A DNA stretch of 45,092 nt. Origin: Candidatus Sumerlaeia bacterium (lineage in GTDB: Bacteria > Sumerlaeota > Sumerlaeia > SLMS01 > JAHLLQ01). Position 1 is the stretch's first letter; the number at the start of each line of letters is the position of its first letter. The stretch is from positions 1 through 45,092 of the forward strand of contig JANRMB010000292.1 of the NCBI GenBank assembly GCA_033761985.1, in the 5' to 3' direction. The notes below the pieces were generated by a model. That model was given only the letters and a program-made list of their open reading frames with translations, made no database searches and was not told the origin of the DNA. The translations under genes and the position numbers were made by a program. Positions 36,541 to 45,092 of the stretch are shown piece by piece.

Positions 36541-37652
36541 CCCAGTTCGGGGAATTTCTTCAAAATTTCCTGAACGTGTCGTTCGACTTCCTCTCCTGTG
36601 TCCCCCAGAACAGTGACATGGCCAACTTTCCGCCCCGGGCGATTTTCCTTCCCATAATGATGATATGCAACTTCTGGAAATGAAGCGATTCCCTGAATCT
36701 CCGGTATGCTCCCGATGGCGTTGAGCATCACCGCAGGGCGTACCAAACGAGTGCTTCCCAACGGATAATTGCAGACGGCTCTCAAGTGCTGCTCAAACTG
36801 GCTTGTGGCAAAAGCTTCCATCGTCAAATGCCCGCTATTATGAACCCTTGGAGCCATCTCGTTCACCACCAATTTTTCACCCACCACAAAAAATTCAATC
36901 GTCAGTAATCCCCGATACTCGAGTGCTTCCATCGCCATGGTTAGAATGTGTCGCGCTTGAAGTTCCAATTCATCCGAAGCGTTTGCTGGAACGGTGGAGC
37001 GTCTCAAAATCCCCCCGCGATGTACGTTTTCAATCAATGGGTAGGTTGCGATTTCTCCAGATTGCGACCGTGCTCCGATCATCGAGACTTCCCGTTCAAA
37101 CGGTACAAACGCCTCAAGCACGGAGGGCTTTTCACCGAACTCCACCCATGCGGAAGCGGTGTCCACCTCACGATTCAATCTCACCTGTCCCTTGCCATCA
37201 TAACCAAAACGTCGAGTCTTTAAAATCCCCCTTCCTTCAAACTCATTTAATCCCTGTTCAAGGTCCGATAGGGCATCCACCTGAAAGTACGGTGCCACCT
37301 CAATTCCAAGACCAGAAAAAAAGCGTTTCTCCAACAATCGGTCTTGAGATGTTTCCAAAGCACGGCGGTTGGGATGAATATCCACCACGCTGGAGAGAGC
37401 ATCCAACGCCGAGGTGGGGACGTTCTCAAATTCATAGGTGAGCAAATCCAATCCATCGGCAAATCTCTTCAGGCTTTCTATATCCTCATACGGCGCACAA
37501 ACATGTTCTGAACAAAGGCGGGCACAACAATCCGGTGAAGGATCAAAGACCCGGAATCTCAATCCCAAGGGAATACCAGCCAAGGCCAGCATTTGACCCA
37601 GTTGTCCACCTCCCAGTATTCCAATCAACGGGCTTCCCTTTCCGGCCACCAT
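36537..37652 (-). CDS. purK: N5-carboxyaminoimidazole ribonucleotide synthase
   Basis: GILGGGQLG.M, TYEFEN, QDRLLEK, GYDGKGQ, NEMAPRVHNSGH, SQFEQHLRA, YGK..RPGRKVGH; follows purE. Confidence 0.97.
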   Translation of the reverse strand: MVAGKGSPLIGILGGGQLGQMLALAGIPLGLRFRVFDPSPDCCARLCSEHVCAPYEDIESLKRFADGLDLLTYEFENVPTSALDALSSVVDIHPNRRALETSQDRLLEKRFFSGLGIEVAPYFQVDALSDLEQGLNEFEGRGILKTRRFGYDGKGQVRLNREVDTASAWVEFGEKPSVLEAFVPFEREVSMIGARSQSGEIATYPLIENVHRGGILRRSTVPANASDELELQARHILTMAMEALEYRGLLTIEFFVVGEKLVVNEMAPRVHNSGHLTMEAFATSQFEQHLRAVCNYPLGSTRLVRPAVMLNAIGSIPEIQGIASFPEVAYHHYGKENRPGRKVGHVTVLGDTGEEVERHVQEILKKFPELG

Positions 37653-38155
37653 TAGGAGAGCTCCTCAGCGGGGTCGGGATGATCCAGCACATCCTGTGTT
37701 TGTTTGAGACGAAACGCTGCCAACGATTCACAAATCCCGGGATACTTTCTCGCCAGAATCGCCGCGGCCAAAAGCCCGGCATTCGCTGCTCCCGAAGTGC
37801 CAATCGCCAAGGTGGCCACTGGAATTCCTTTTGGCATTTGAACGATGGAAAGAAGGGAATCGACTCCCTTGAGGATTTTGCTTTCCACGGGAACTCCCAA
37901 AACGGGGAGAATGGTTTTCGCTGCTGCCATACCCGGAAGATGCGCTGCTCCCCCTGCCCCTGCAATGATCACCTCCAACCCGCGCCCCTCGGCTTCTTCC
38001 GCATACCGAAAGAGTAAATCAGGGGTACGATGCGCGGAAACCACTTTGGCTTCGTACGCAATGCCCAGAAGATCGAGCATCGCCGCGGACTCCTTCATCG
38101 TTGGCCAATCGCTTTTGCTCCCCATGATAATCCCTACCAGCGGTTGTTGAGGCAT
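37652..38155 (-). CDS. purE: N5-carboxyaminoimidazole ribonucleotide mutase
   Basis: [49 protein letters not shown]; TAATG stop/start overlap with purK. Confidence 0.98.
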   Translation of the reverse strand: MPQQPLVGIIMGSKSDWPTMKESAAMLDLLGIAYEAKVVSAHRTPDLLFRYAEEAEGRGLEVIIAGAGGAAHLPGMAAAKTILPVLGVPVESKILKGVDSLLSIVQMPKGIPVATLAIGTSGAANAGLLAAAILARKYPGICESLAAFRLKQTQDVLDHPDPAEELS

Positions 38156-38265
38156 GATTTACGCAATCCCTTACGGTGGTCGCGGATTCCACTTGATGGA
38201 GTCCCGCTTTGGAATAAATTAAACACGTTCTTTCCGAATCCTGGGAACCGGGGCAAGAGTTCGAT

Positions 38266-38274
38266 TGTTATACT
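38266..38274 (+). promoter_or_regulatory. Possible extended -10 promoter element (TGnTATACT)
   Basis: TGTTATACT about 55 bp upstream of ATG 38331 in a divergent intergenic region. Confidence 0.35.
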
Positions 38275-38330
38275 TCGGGAAGAATATCCCGGTCGCTCCA
38301 GAAGGAGTCCGGTGCAGGAGTCATCCCACG

Positions 38331-39284
38331 ATGTTTTCTCTTCTCAACGCCAAAAATGCCATTACAGCTCTCACCATCGGTGTGTTGGGCTTTTCATCCG
38401 TCTCAAACACGGCCCACGCCGGTGGAGATTGGTACAACAGCGATGGCGCCTATGTTGGTTACGGTCTTGTTGCGGGCCTGATTATCGGCAGCCACCTGAG
38501 CAATCGCCATAGCCGCAGCCATGTGGATTACAGCTATTCCTACCACAGTGGATATCGTCATCGTGGTCATTCCAGCTTTTCCTATAGCTACAGCACCGCC
38601 CCCCGGTACTACCACAGCTATTCACGTCATTACTACAACAACGATTACTGCCCTCCCCGGTACTATCGTTCCTACCATCGGCCCGTTCACCACACCAGCG
38701 TGACGTATGTTCAACCCGTGCAATATGTGGAGCCTGAACCCGTTTACCAACCTGTGGAATCCGGAATCCAACCTGGTTCCTATGTTAAATATCGGGAAAA
38801 ATCAGCATTCCCCTTCTACCACAAAAAAGAGTTGGAAGTTATTCCTCCCCTTCCTCCGGTGCAGCCTGGTCGTAGCCAAGCGGTGAATAACGCTTCCTTC
38901 GCCAACCAGCTTCGCGGAAGCTATGCAGCCCCCCAACCCCAGCTATATCAAGGGGCTCAGGAGTATCAACAACCTTCCGCGGGTTCCCAATCAGCACCTG
39001 CAACCCAGCAAGTTCCTGCTGCGGCTGTAATGCCTCATCCTTCCGAGTACCGTGAAGTAATGACTGTTTCCAATCGTGCAGGAAGCCACTTGAACCAATC
39101 CTATGAGGAACCCCAAACCGCTGGAAAACCCAGCGCCTACACCTCACCTGTTGAAATGGTTTCCATGCCCAACAGCCAACGCGACCCAGTTCCTGTGTCC
39201 ACCACGCGCCGAAATGGTATCCTGACTCGTACAAGCAAGTTGGATACTGCCCAAACCGCTCTGGTTGATTCACCCAACTACTAA
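38331..39284 (+). CDS. Exported low-complexity His/Tyr/Ser/Arg- and Pro/Gln-rich hypothetical protein
   Basis: AGGAG RBS; signal peptide ending AHA; GLVAGLIIG hydrophobic segment; YSYSYHSGYRHRGH... block; Q/P/A-rich C-terminal half. Confidence 0.75.
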   Translation: MFSLLNAKNAITALTIGVLGFSSVSNTAHAGGDWYNSDGAYVGYGLVAGLIIGSHLSNRHSRSHVDYSYSYHSGYRHRGHSSFSYSYSTAPRYYHSYSRHYYNNDYCPPRYYRSYHRPVHHTSVTYVQPVQYVEPEPVYQPVESGIQPGSYVKYREKSAFPFYHKKELEVIPPLPPVQPGRSQAVNNASFANQLRGSYAAPQPQLYQGAQEYQQPSAGSQSAPATQQVPAAAVMPHPSEYREVMTVSNRAGSHLNQSYEEPQTAGKPSAYTSPVEMVSMPNSQRDPVPVSTTRRNGILTRTSKLDTAQTALVDSPNY

Positions 39285-39285
39285 T

Positions 39286-39816
39286 TTACTTCAGCTTCAG
39301 TTGCTTTTCCAAGGCCTCCCGCTTTTCCGGCGGGAGGTTTTTCATTTCCGGTTCATCCAACAAACGTTTCCTGAGTTTCTCCGCTTCCGGGTGAATGGCC
39401 CGATAACCGCATCCAGAAAGAAAAGGTGGTTCCCCTTCCCAAAGCAATAATCTCGGGTAATCACGGCACATCCCCGGACGCGAATCATAGGAATCGCAGC
39501 GGCGAGTTTGGGTATCGAAGTGACTGCAGCGGAATGTGGCCACGCGGCGGTTGACGTCCCAGTTGCGAAGCTCGAATCCATTCACTGCCCTCATCCACCA
39601 GAGCCAAGCGTGCCGAAGAAACCCGCTGCGGTTCACCATTTTACTCACTTGAACCATCGGCGATTCACAACATTGGGCGCACAGAGCACAATTCCCACCC
39701 AGCTTGTAGGGCTTTTCCCCGCGCATCTGTCGAAGTCTCCGCGTACACCACAAATCCACCCAAAAAACGCCCAAGGCCGCCCATTTTAAAACCTTCCGCA
39801 AAAGACCGTCTTTCAT
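39286..39816 (-). CDS. YkgJ-family (CxxCxxCC) cysteine-cluster protein
   Basis: CALCAQCC...FRCSHF....RRCDSYDSRPGMCRDYP...CGY. Confidence 0.85.
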   Translation of the reverse strand: MKDGLLRKVLKWAALGVFWVDLWCTRRLRQMRGEKPYKLGGNCALCAQCCESPMVQVSKMVNRSGFLRHAWLWWMRAVNGFELRNWDVNRRVATFRCSHFDTQTRRCDSYDSRPGMCRDYPRLLLWEGEPPFLSGCGYRAIHPEAEKLRKRLLDEPEMKNLPPEKREALEKQLKLK

Positions 39817-39932
39817 CAACAAACCGATACCTTTCCAGCAACGAGATAAAATTGGCTTGGGTTTTCTCCTCTGACAATCCAAATTCCCCAAGATGTTTTC
39901 CTTTGGGAAGGGCCAACCCAAACCACTAAACC

Positions 39933-40979
39933 ATGCACATTCTTTTTGTCTCCGATGAAGACCTATGCCGCGCTCCCATGGCCCGGGCTCTCGCCAATCA
40001 ACTCGCCAAATCCCTTCGAGTTCAGCATGCCACCTTCCATAGTTGTGGACTCAGCGTTCCCTCCCCCAAGTACCCCACGGTGGAACTCGTCCATTTCCTT
40101 GCCTTTAAAGAAATCAATCTCCGCAAACACCTTTCCACCCCTTTTCAACTCTCCCTTGTAAGGAATCACGACCTCATCCTTTGCATGACGCATCAACAAG
40201 CCGCCGCAGCGCGCAGTGCCGTTGGTGCTCCTCAAAGTGGTAAAATTCTCGTCCTTAACGATGCCATCAGCTTCGGAAATTCACCCGCAAAACAAAACAT
40301 CCTGCCCCCACCTGATCACAGTGAATTTCATCTGATGGCCCTCTATTCCCAACTCAAAGCAAGTGTTGGGCGCCTTGTGCGGAACCTTTCCGATGGCGAC
40401 GAAGTGGAAGATTTTGGAGCGAAACGCGTGGAAGCTACGGAGCGCGGACCCTTGGATGATCCCCGCCTGCGCCAATTCCTCAACCACAACATCCTTGAGT
40501 ACCTTCAACGGGCTTTTCAACCCGCCACTCCGGAGGATGTTGCTGAACATCTTCAGGCGTTGGGACAAAAAATTTCCGCTATGGAAATTGAAGAACTCCT
40601 GAAAACCGATCTCAAGAACCGAGTAATTCGACGCCCTGATGCCACTTGGGAACCCGATTCCCATGCCCAGGAGCGCGAGGAAGCCGAAAGAGCGAAGCAA
40701 AAAGCGGCATCACAATCGGAGAGCCAGTCCCGGTCGCGACGCCCCGCTGATCCCGAAGCACTCTACGGCGGCACGATGGACGAAGCCACGGCTCTCACGG
40801 TGCTCTCCATCACCCTCAACACCCCGCGTGACGAAGCCCGAAAATCCATCAAAAAACTGCTGACCCGATATCATCCCGACAAATTTCACGATGACGAAGA
40901 GTTTCGTATCTTGGCCGAAGAGAAAACCAAGCAAATCAACCAAGCTTGGGCGTTGCTCGAGAAGAAACTCCCAGAGTAA
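39933..40979 (+). CDS. Degenerate LMW-PTP/ArsC-like domain fused to a C-terminal DnaJ (J) domain
   Basis: ILFVSDEDLCRAPMA (P-loop-like), SCG, DLILCMT..Q; C-terminal ALTVL...IKKLLTRYHPDK...AEEKTKQINQAW. Confidence 0.82.
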   Translation: MHILFVSDEDLCRAPMARALANQLAKSLRVQHATFHSCGLSVPSPKYPTVELVHFLAFKEINLRKHLSTPFQLSLVRNHDLILCMTHQQAAAARSAVGAPQSGKILVLNDAISFGNSPAKQNILPPPDHSEFHLMALYSQLKASVGRLVRNLSDGDEVEDFGAKRVEATERGPLDDPRLRQFLNHNILEYLQRAFQPATPEDVAEHLQALGQKISAMEIEELLKTDLKNRVIRRPDATWEPDSHAQEREEAERAKQKAASQSESQSRSRRPADPEALYGGTMDEATALTVLSITLNTPRDEARKSIKKLLTRYHPDKFHDDEEFRILAEEKTKQINQAWALLEKKLPE

Positions 40980-40992
40980 ATCTAAATCCTCC

Positions 40993-42501
40993 TCAAGCTT
41001 CCCCCTCCATTCCGTGATCTGCGCCGGGAGTATCCTCCGAAAGGTTCAGCAGATCACGCAGTTTGAGTTCGTTGATCTTATTGAAGAGCGTCTTGCGGGA
41101 GATATTCAGTCGCTTCGCAGCCTCGGCTTTGTTGTTGTTGCAAAGCAAAATGGCGCGAAGAATGGCTCGCCGTTCCGCTTCTTGAGCCACATGCGACAAA
41201 TCATAGATATCGTCTCCCCGCCCGAGCCGTAGAGGATAAATGGCATCGGTTGGCGAACCCTCTTCCAGTCCATCCTCTTTTGGTAACGGTGTATGTTCCT
41301 CTACTCCTTCTGGCTCCAAGGAAAAGCGCAATCCCCCATCGGGAAGGATCATTTCGGCGTCTCCCATAATTACGGCTTTTTCCACGGAGTTTTGAAGTTC
41401 CCGAATGTTTCCTCTCCAGGGGGCGTTTTGAATCCGCTTCATTAAATCAGGGTGAACACTGATCGGTAGCAGTTGGTGCTTTTCCACAAACTGGTTAATG
41501 AAGTGATAGACAAGCTCGGGAATGTCGTCTCTCCGGTCACGCAACGGAGGAAGTTCAATCAGCAAAACATTAAGACGATAGAACAAATCCTGACGGAAGA
41601 GTTTTTGATCCACATCGCGGGAAAGATCGCGGTTGGTTGCGGCAATCACACGTACATCCACCCGAATTTCCTTTTCTCCACCCACACGTTGAATCTTTTT
41701 CTCCTGCAATACCCGAAGCATTTTTGCTTGGAGCGCCAACGGCATCTCTCCGATTTCATCCAAAAACAGCGTACCTCCGTCGGCCAGTTCGAACTTTCCT
41801 TTTTGAAGCGCATGGGCACCGGTGAATGCTCCCCGTTCATGACCAAAGAACTCCGATTCCAGAAGCGACTCCGGTAACGCCGCACAATTCACCGCCACAA
41901 ACGGTTTGTCTTTCCTATTGCCGTTAAAGTGAATCGCCTGGGCCACCAACTCTTTCCCCGTCCCCGATTCCCCTTGTATCAATACCGAGGTATCCAAACT
42001 TGAAATGCGAGAAATGAGGCGAAATATCTGCTGAAGCCGCGTACTTTTTCCAATGATATGAAATTCACCGGCCTCATCATCTGCCACGCGGGGTTTAGCA
42101 AGGCTCGCGTTTTCCATCAGCAACTGAGTATCCAGCGTTCGGCTTACCGCCGTGCGGATTTGCTCAATTCCAAACGGCTTGATGATAAAATCCACCGCTC
42201 CGGAACGCATGGTTTGCACGGCATTTTCCACGGTGGCGTGGGCCGTCATCACGACAACACTAAAACCAAATCCCAACGCACGGATTTGTTGAATCAACTC
42301 ATAACCATCCATCTCTGGCATGGAGAGATCGGTGATGAGCAGGGCATAGTTCCCATTGTTGGCTTGGATCATTTCCAAGGCCACTCGCCCGTTCTCCGCC
42401 ACTTCAACTTGGTAACCGGAGGCCCCTAAAATATCCTTCAGCAAACGTCGCATGTTCTTCTCGTCGTCACATACCAGGATTGGAGGGATTTTTTTGACCA
42501 T
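40993..42501 (-). CDS. Sigma54-dependent response regulator (NtrC/AtoC family)
   Basis: Receiver (VCDDE, ITDLSMP, KPF), [30 protein letters not shown], Fis-type HTH ([12 protein letters not shown]). Confidence 0.95.
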   Translation of the reverse strand: MVKKIPPILVCDDEKNMRRLLKDILGASGYQVEVAENGRVALEMIQANNGNYALLITDLSMPEMDGYELIQQIRALGFGFSVVVMTAHATVENAVQTMRSGAVDFIIKPFGIEQIRTAVSRTLDTQLLMENASLAKPRVADDEAGEFHIIGKSTRLQQIFRLISRISSLDTSVLIQGESGTGKELVAQAIHFNGNRKDKPFVAVNCAALPESLLESEFFGHERGAFTGAHALQKGKFELADGGTLFLDEIGEMPLALQAKMLRVLQEKKIQRVGGEKEIRVDVRVIAATNRDLSRDVDQKLFRQDLFYRLNVLLIELPPLRDRRDDIPELVYHFINQFVEKHQLLPISVHPDLMKRIQNAPWRGNIRELQNSVEKAVIMGDAEMILPDGGLRFSLEPEGVEEHTPLPKEDGLEEGSPTDAIYPLRLGRGDDIYDLSHVAQEAERRAILRAILLCNNNKAEAAKRLNISRKTLFNKINELKLRDLLNLSEDTPGADHGMEGEA

Positions 42502-42550
42502 CGCACTGCCTTGATTGAGAATCATTGAAGATAGCATCCAACGCTTCGGA

Positions 42551-42572
42551 GAGTGTGTCAATTTTTACACTC
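42551..42572. promoter_or_regulatory. Dyad GAGTGT-N10-ACACTC, candidate enhancer (UAS) site
   Basis: Perfect 6-bp inverted repeat with a TGT-N10-ACA core between the two divergent bEBP genes. Confidence 0.5.
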
Positions 42573-42620
42573 ACAACTCCGGAATTCGACTGAAAAATCA
42601 ACTGGTTTGTATGAATCAAA

Positions 42621-42637
42621 AAGGCCCATCACTTGCA
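42621..42637 (+). promoter_or_regulatory. Candidate sigma54 -24/-12 promoter
   Basis: AAGGCCCATCACTTGCA: GG-N10-GC spacing with TTGCA at -12; about 45 bp upstream of ATG 42682. Confidence 0.5.
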
Positions 42638-42681
42638 AATAATGAATCCATTCTATCCGTACCCCGTTGAGGAGTGTCTAA

Positions 42682-44070
42682 ATGAGTCGCTCAGTTCTGA
42701 TTGTTGATGATGAAAAGAATACCCGTGAAGGACTCAAATGGGCCTTGGAAAGCCAAGTCGACCGCGTTCTTGTGGCCGCCAACGGCGAGGAGGCACTCGA
42801 TATTTTGGGGACGGAATCCGTCGGCCTTGTACTCTCCGACCTCAAAATGCCGAAGATGACCGGGATGGAGCTGCTGGAAAAAGTCCGTTCGGAACATGAG
42901 GAAGTCGAGTTCGTCATCCTCACCGGTCATGGCACAGTGGAAACCGCCGTGGATGCCATGAAGCTTGGCGCCTTCGATTACCTGATCAAACCGGTGAATC
43001 TCGAGGAGTTGAACATCCTCGTCAAACGTGTGTTTGAACAACGGGAACTCAAGCAGGAGAATGCCTCACTCCGGGCTCAGGTAAACGAGCGATACGGATT
43101 CGATAATCTCGTGGGCAACAGCGAGGCGATGCAGCGCATTTTCCAGATGATCCGCCAAGTGGCCCCCGCCCGGGCCAGTGTGTTGATCGATGGCGAAACT
43201 GGTACCGGTAAAGAACTGGTGGCCAAAGCCATTCACTTCAACAGCCCCCGGAAAACAAAGCCGTTCATCGCCGTCAACTGCGGTGCACTGAGCCAATCAC
43301 TTTTGGAAAGCGAACTTTTCGGCCACGAAAAAGGGGCCTTCACTGGTGCGGTTTCCCAACGCGCCGGGCGCTTTGAAGCCGCCAACAAGGGAACCATTTT
43401 TCTCGATGAAATCGGCGAAACCACGCCGGAGTTTCAGGTGAAACTCCTTCGTGTTCTGCAGGAACAAGAATTCGAACGCGTCGGTGGTCAACGTCCCGTC
43501 AAGGTGGACGTTCGGATTATTGCCGCCACCAATCGCGACCTGAAAAAAGAAGTCGCCGAAGGGCGCTTCCGCGAGGATCTTTACTATCGCCTCAACGTCA
43601 TCAATATCAAACTTCCACCTCTTCGGGAACGGCAGGATGATGTGGCTCTTTTGGTGCACCATTTTCTCCAGCACTTCAACAAGGAGAATGGTCGTCAGCT
43701 CACGCTTTCACCAAAAGCTTTAGAATTGTTGATGGGGTACAGTTGGCCGGGGAACGTGCGCCAACTTCGCACCATGATGGAGAGCATCTGCATCCTCACC
43801 CCTGGGAAGGAAATCCTCCCGCAAAATCTCCCCGCCGATGTTGCCGGACAGCAAACACCCCAACACCACTTGAAGCTCCACGTGGGCATGACGGTCCGCG
43901 ATGCGGAACGGGAATTGATCCGGGCCACCCTGGCGAAACTCGGTGGAAACAAAGCCAAAGCAGCTCGTGTTTTGGGGCTCGGTCGCAAGACCCTTTACCG
44001 CAAACTGGAAGAGTATGAGTTGGCCGAAGGGATGACCCCCGAGGAAGCCGATCTTTCGGATGAAGATTGA
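42682..44070 (+). CDS. Sigma54-dependent response regulator (NtrC/AtoC/ZraR family)
   Basis: Receiver ([14 protein letters not shown]), [32 protein letters not shown] ([16 protein letters not shown]); GAGGAG RBS. Confidence 0.96.
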   Translation: MSRSVLIVDDEKNTREGLKWALESQVDRVLVAANGEEALDILGTESVGLVLSDLKMPKMTGMELLEKVRSEHEEVEFVILTGHGTVETAVDAMKLGAFDYLIKPVNLEELNILVKRVFEQRELKQENASLRAQVNERYGFDNLVGNSEAMQRIFQMIRQVAPARASVLIDGETGTGKELVAKAIHFNSPRKTKPFIAVNCGALSQSLLESELFGHEKGAFTGAVSQRAGRFEAANKGTIFLDEIGETTPEFQVKLLRVLQEQEFERVGGQRPVKVDVRIIAATNRDLKKEVAEGRFREDLYYRLNVINIKLPPLRERQDDVALLVHHFLQHFNKENGRQLTLSPKALELLMGYSWPGNVRQLRTMMESICILTPGKEILPQNLPADVAGQQTPQHHLKLHVGMTVRDAERELIRATLAKLGGNKAKAARVLGLGRKTLYRKLEEYELAEGMTPEEADLSDED

Positions 44071-44250
44071 TTAGTCTCCTCTGCCCGTAGGGGCTCAAAA
44101 GGGTGACTCAGGTCATCAGCAACATTCCAAGTTTTTACTCCACAATACATCGGGGTGCTCAAACGAGTTTCTGTGAACTCCGCTTGCCCCAAGCCCCGCC
44201 CCCTTGAAACGCTCACGCCCTGAAAAATTCACTCAAAGGAATACCCACCT

Positions 44251-45092
44251 GTGACTCACAATATCGCTGTAATCCATGGGGACGGAACCGGCCCCGAAGT
44301 CATGCGCGAGGGCCTTAAAGTCCTCAACGCCGCCAAGGAAAAATTTGGTTTCTCCGTGAATTTGGTGGACTATGATCTCGGCGGTGAGCGCTACCTCCGC
44401 ACCGGTGAAGTCCTTCCCGATTCTGTTCTCTCCGAGCTTCGCCAGATGGACGCCATTTATCTTTCCGCCATCGGTCACCCCGATGTGAAGCCCGGCATTC
44501 TGGAAAAAGGTATTCTCCTCCGTCTTCGCTTTGAACTCGATCAATATATCAACCTCCGCCCCATCAAACTCGTCCCCGGAGTAAAATCTCCCCTCGCCAA
44601 GAAAAGCACCGAACACATCGACTTTGTGGTGGTGCGTGAAAACACCGAAGGTCTTTACGCTGGCGCCGGCGGGAACCTGAAAAAAGGCACCCCCGACGAG
44701 GTGGCGATTCAGGAAAGCATCAACACCCGTAAAGGTGTTGAGCGCTGCCTGCGTTATGCTTTTGAACTCACCCGCAAACGCCAAAAATCCAAAACTCTTC
44801 ACCTGGTTGGGAAAACCAACGTTCTCACCTACGCCTTCGATTTGTGGGAACGTGCCTTCAATGAAGTGGGTGCCGCTGATTACGCCGATGTTCAACGCGC
44901 CTATCACCACGTGGACGCCTGTTGTATGTTCATGATCGACCGCCCCGAAGTGTACAACGTGATCGTGACCGACAACATGTTCGGTGATATCATCACCGAC
45001 GTTGGGGCGATTCTCCAAGGTGGTTTGGGTGTTGCCGCTTCCGGGAACATCAACCCGAACGGCGTCTCCATGTTCGAACCCGTGGGTGGTTC
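44251..45092 (+). CDS. leuB: 3-isopropylmalate dehydrogenase (partial, runs off the window end)
   Basis: My translation from GTG 44251: [16 protein letters not shown]...[15 protein letters not shown]...[10 protein letters not shown]...KTNVL...HVDA...[12 protein letters not shown]...SMFEPVGG; absent from the ORF track because there is no stop codon; a related beta-decarboxylating dehydrogenase is not fully excluded. Confidence 0.88.
   Translation, partial: MTHNIAVIHGDGTGPEVMREGLKVLNAAKEKFGFSVNLVDYDLGGERYLRTGEVLPDSVLSELRQMDAIYLSAIGHPDVKPGILEKGILLRLRFELDQYINLRPIKLVPGVKSPLAKKSTEHIDFVVVRENTEGLYAGAGGNLKKGTPDEVAIQESINTRKGVERCLRYAFELTRKRQKSKTLHLVGKTNVLTYAFDLWERAFNEVGAADYADVQRAYHHVDACCMFMIDRPEVYNVIVTDNMFGDIITDVGAILQGGLGVAASGNINPNGVSMFEPVGG

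Noticed and set aside
44233-45018. 261-aa minus-strand ORF
   Set aside because: Antisense shadow of leuB, which has clear family motifs on the + strand
1-45092. CRISPR arrays, tRNA/rRNA, IS elements, integrases, recognisable defence genes
   Set aside because: No spaced direct repeats, RNA-gene hallmarks or transposase/integrase motifs seen by eye; an Infernal/DefenseFinder run would be needed to exclude them formally

Overview
Bacterial chromosomal window of moderate GC with about 35 supportable CDS. I see no rRNA, tRNA, CRISPR array or intact mobile element. A pseudopilin signature and short C-terminal Trp tails suggest Candidatus Sumerlaeota (BRC1); this is inference. The standout is a compact + strand operon at 1870-13446: a 2Fe-2S ferredoxin with a C-terminal extension, two V4R proteins, a short-motif disordered protein, two Hanks-type Ser/Thr kinases, a Walker-A-dead MinD/ParA-like protein, a single phycobiliprotein-like (globin-fold) protein, a 962-aa protein built from about 8 tandem 117-aa phycobiliprotein-like domains, and an FmdB zinc ribbon. 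It resembles the cyanobacterial slr0144-slr0152 ('Pap') cluster, but the window has no photosynthesis or bilin genes, and the operon carries extra components. A second candidate system is a shared S/T/A-linker-W-x-x-hydrophobic C-terminal tail on four exported proteins (two tandem S8 proteases, a DNRLRE-like protein, a DUF1501 protein), two of them co-operonic with a pseudopilin. Also present: a GT-C glycosyltransferase with a metallophosphoesterase, a type III PKS / FAD oxidoreductase / methyltransferase cluster next to an ABC exporter, a Zn metalloprotease, an aquaporin, a pseudophosphatase-J-domain fusion, a divergent pair of sigma54 response regulators, and housekeeping genes pyrD, ispH, purE, purK and leuB (partial).
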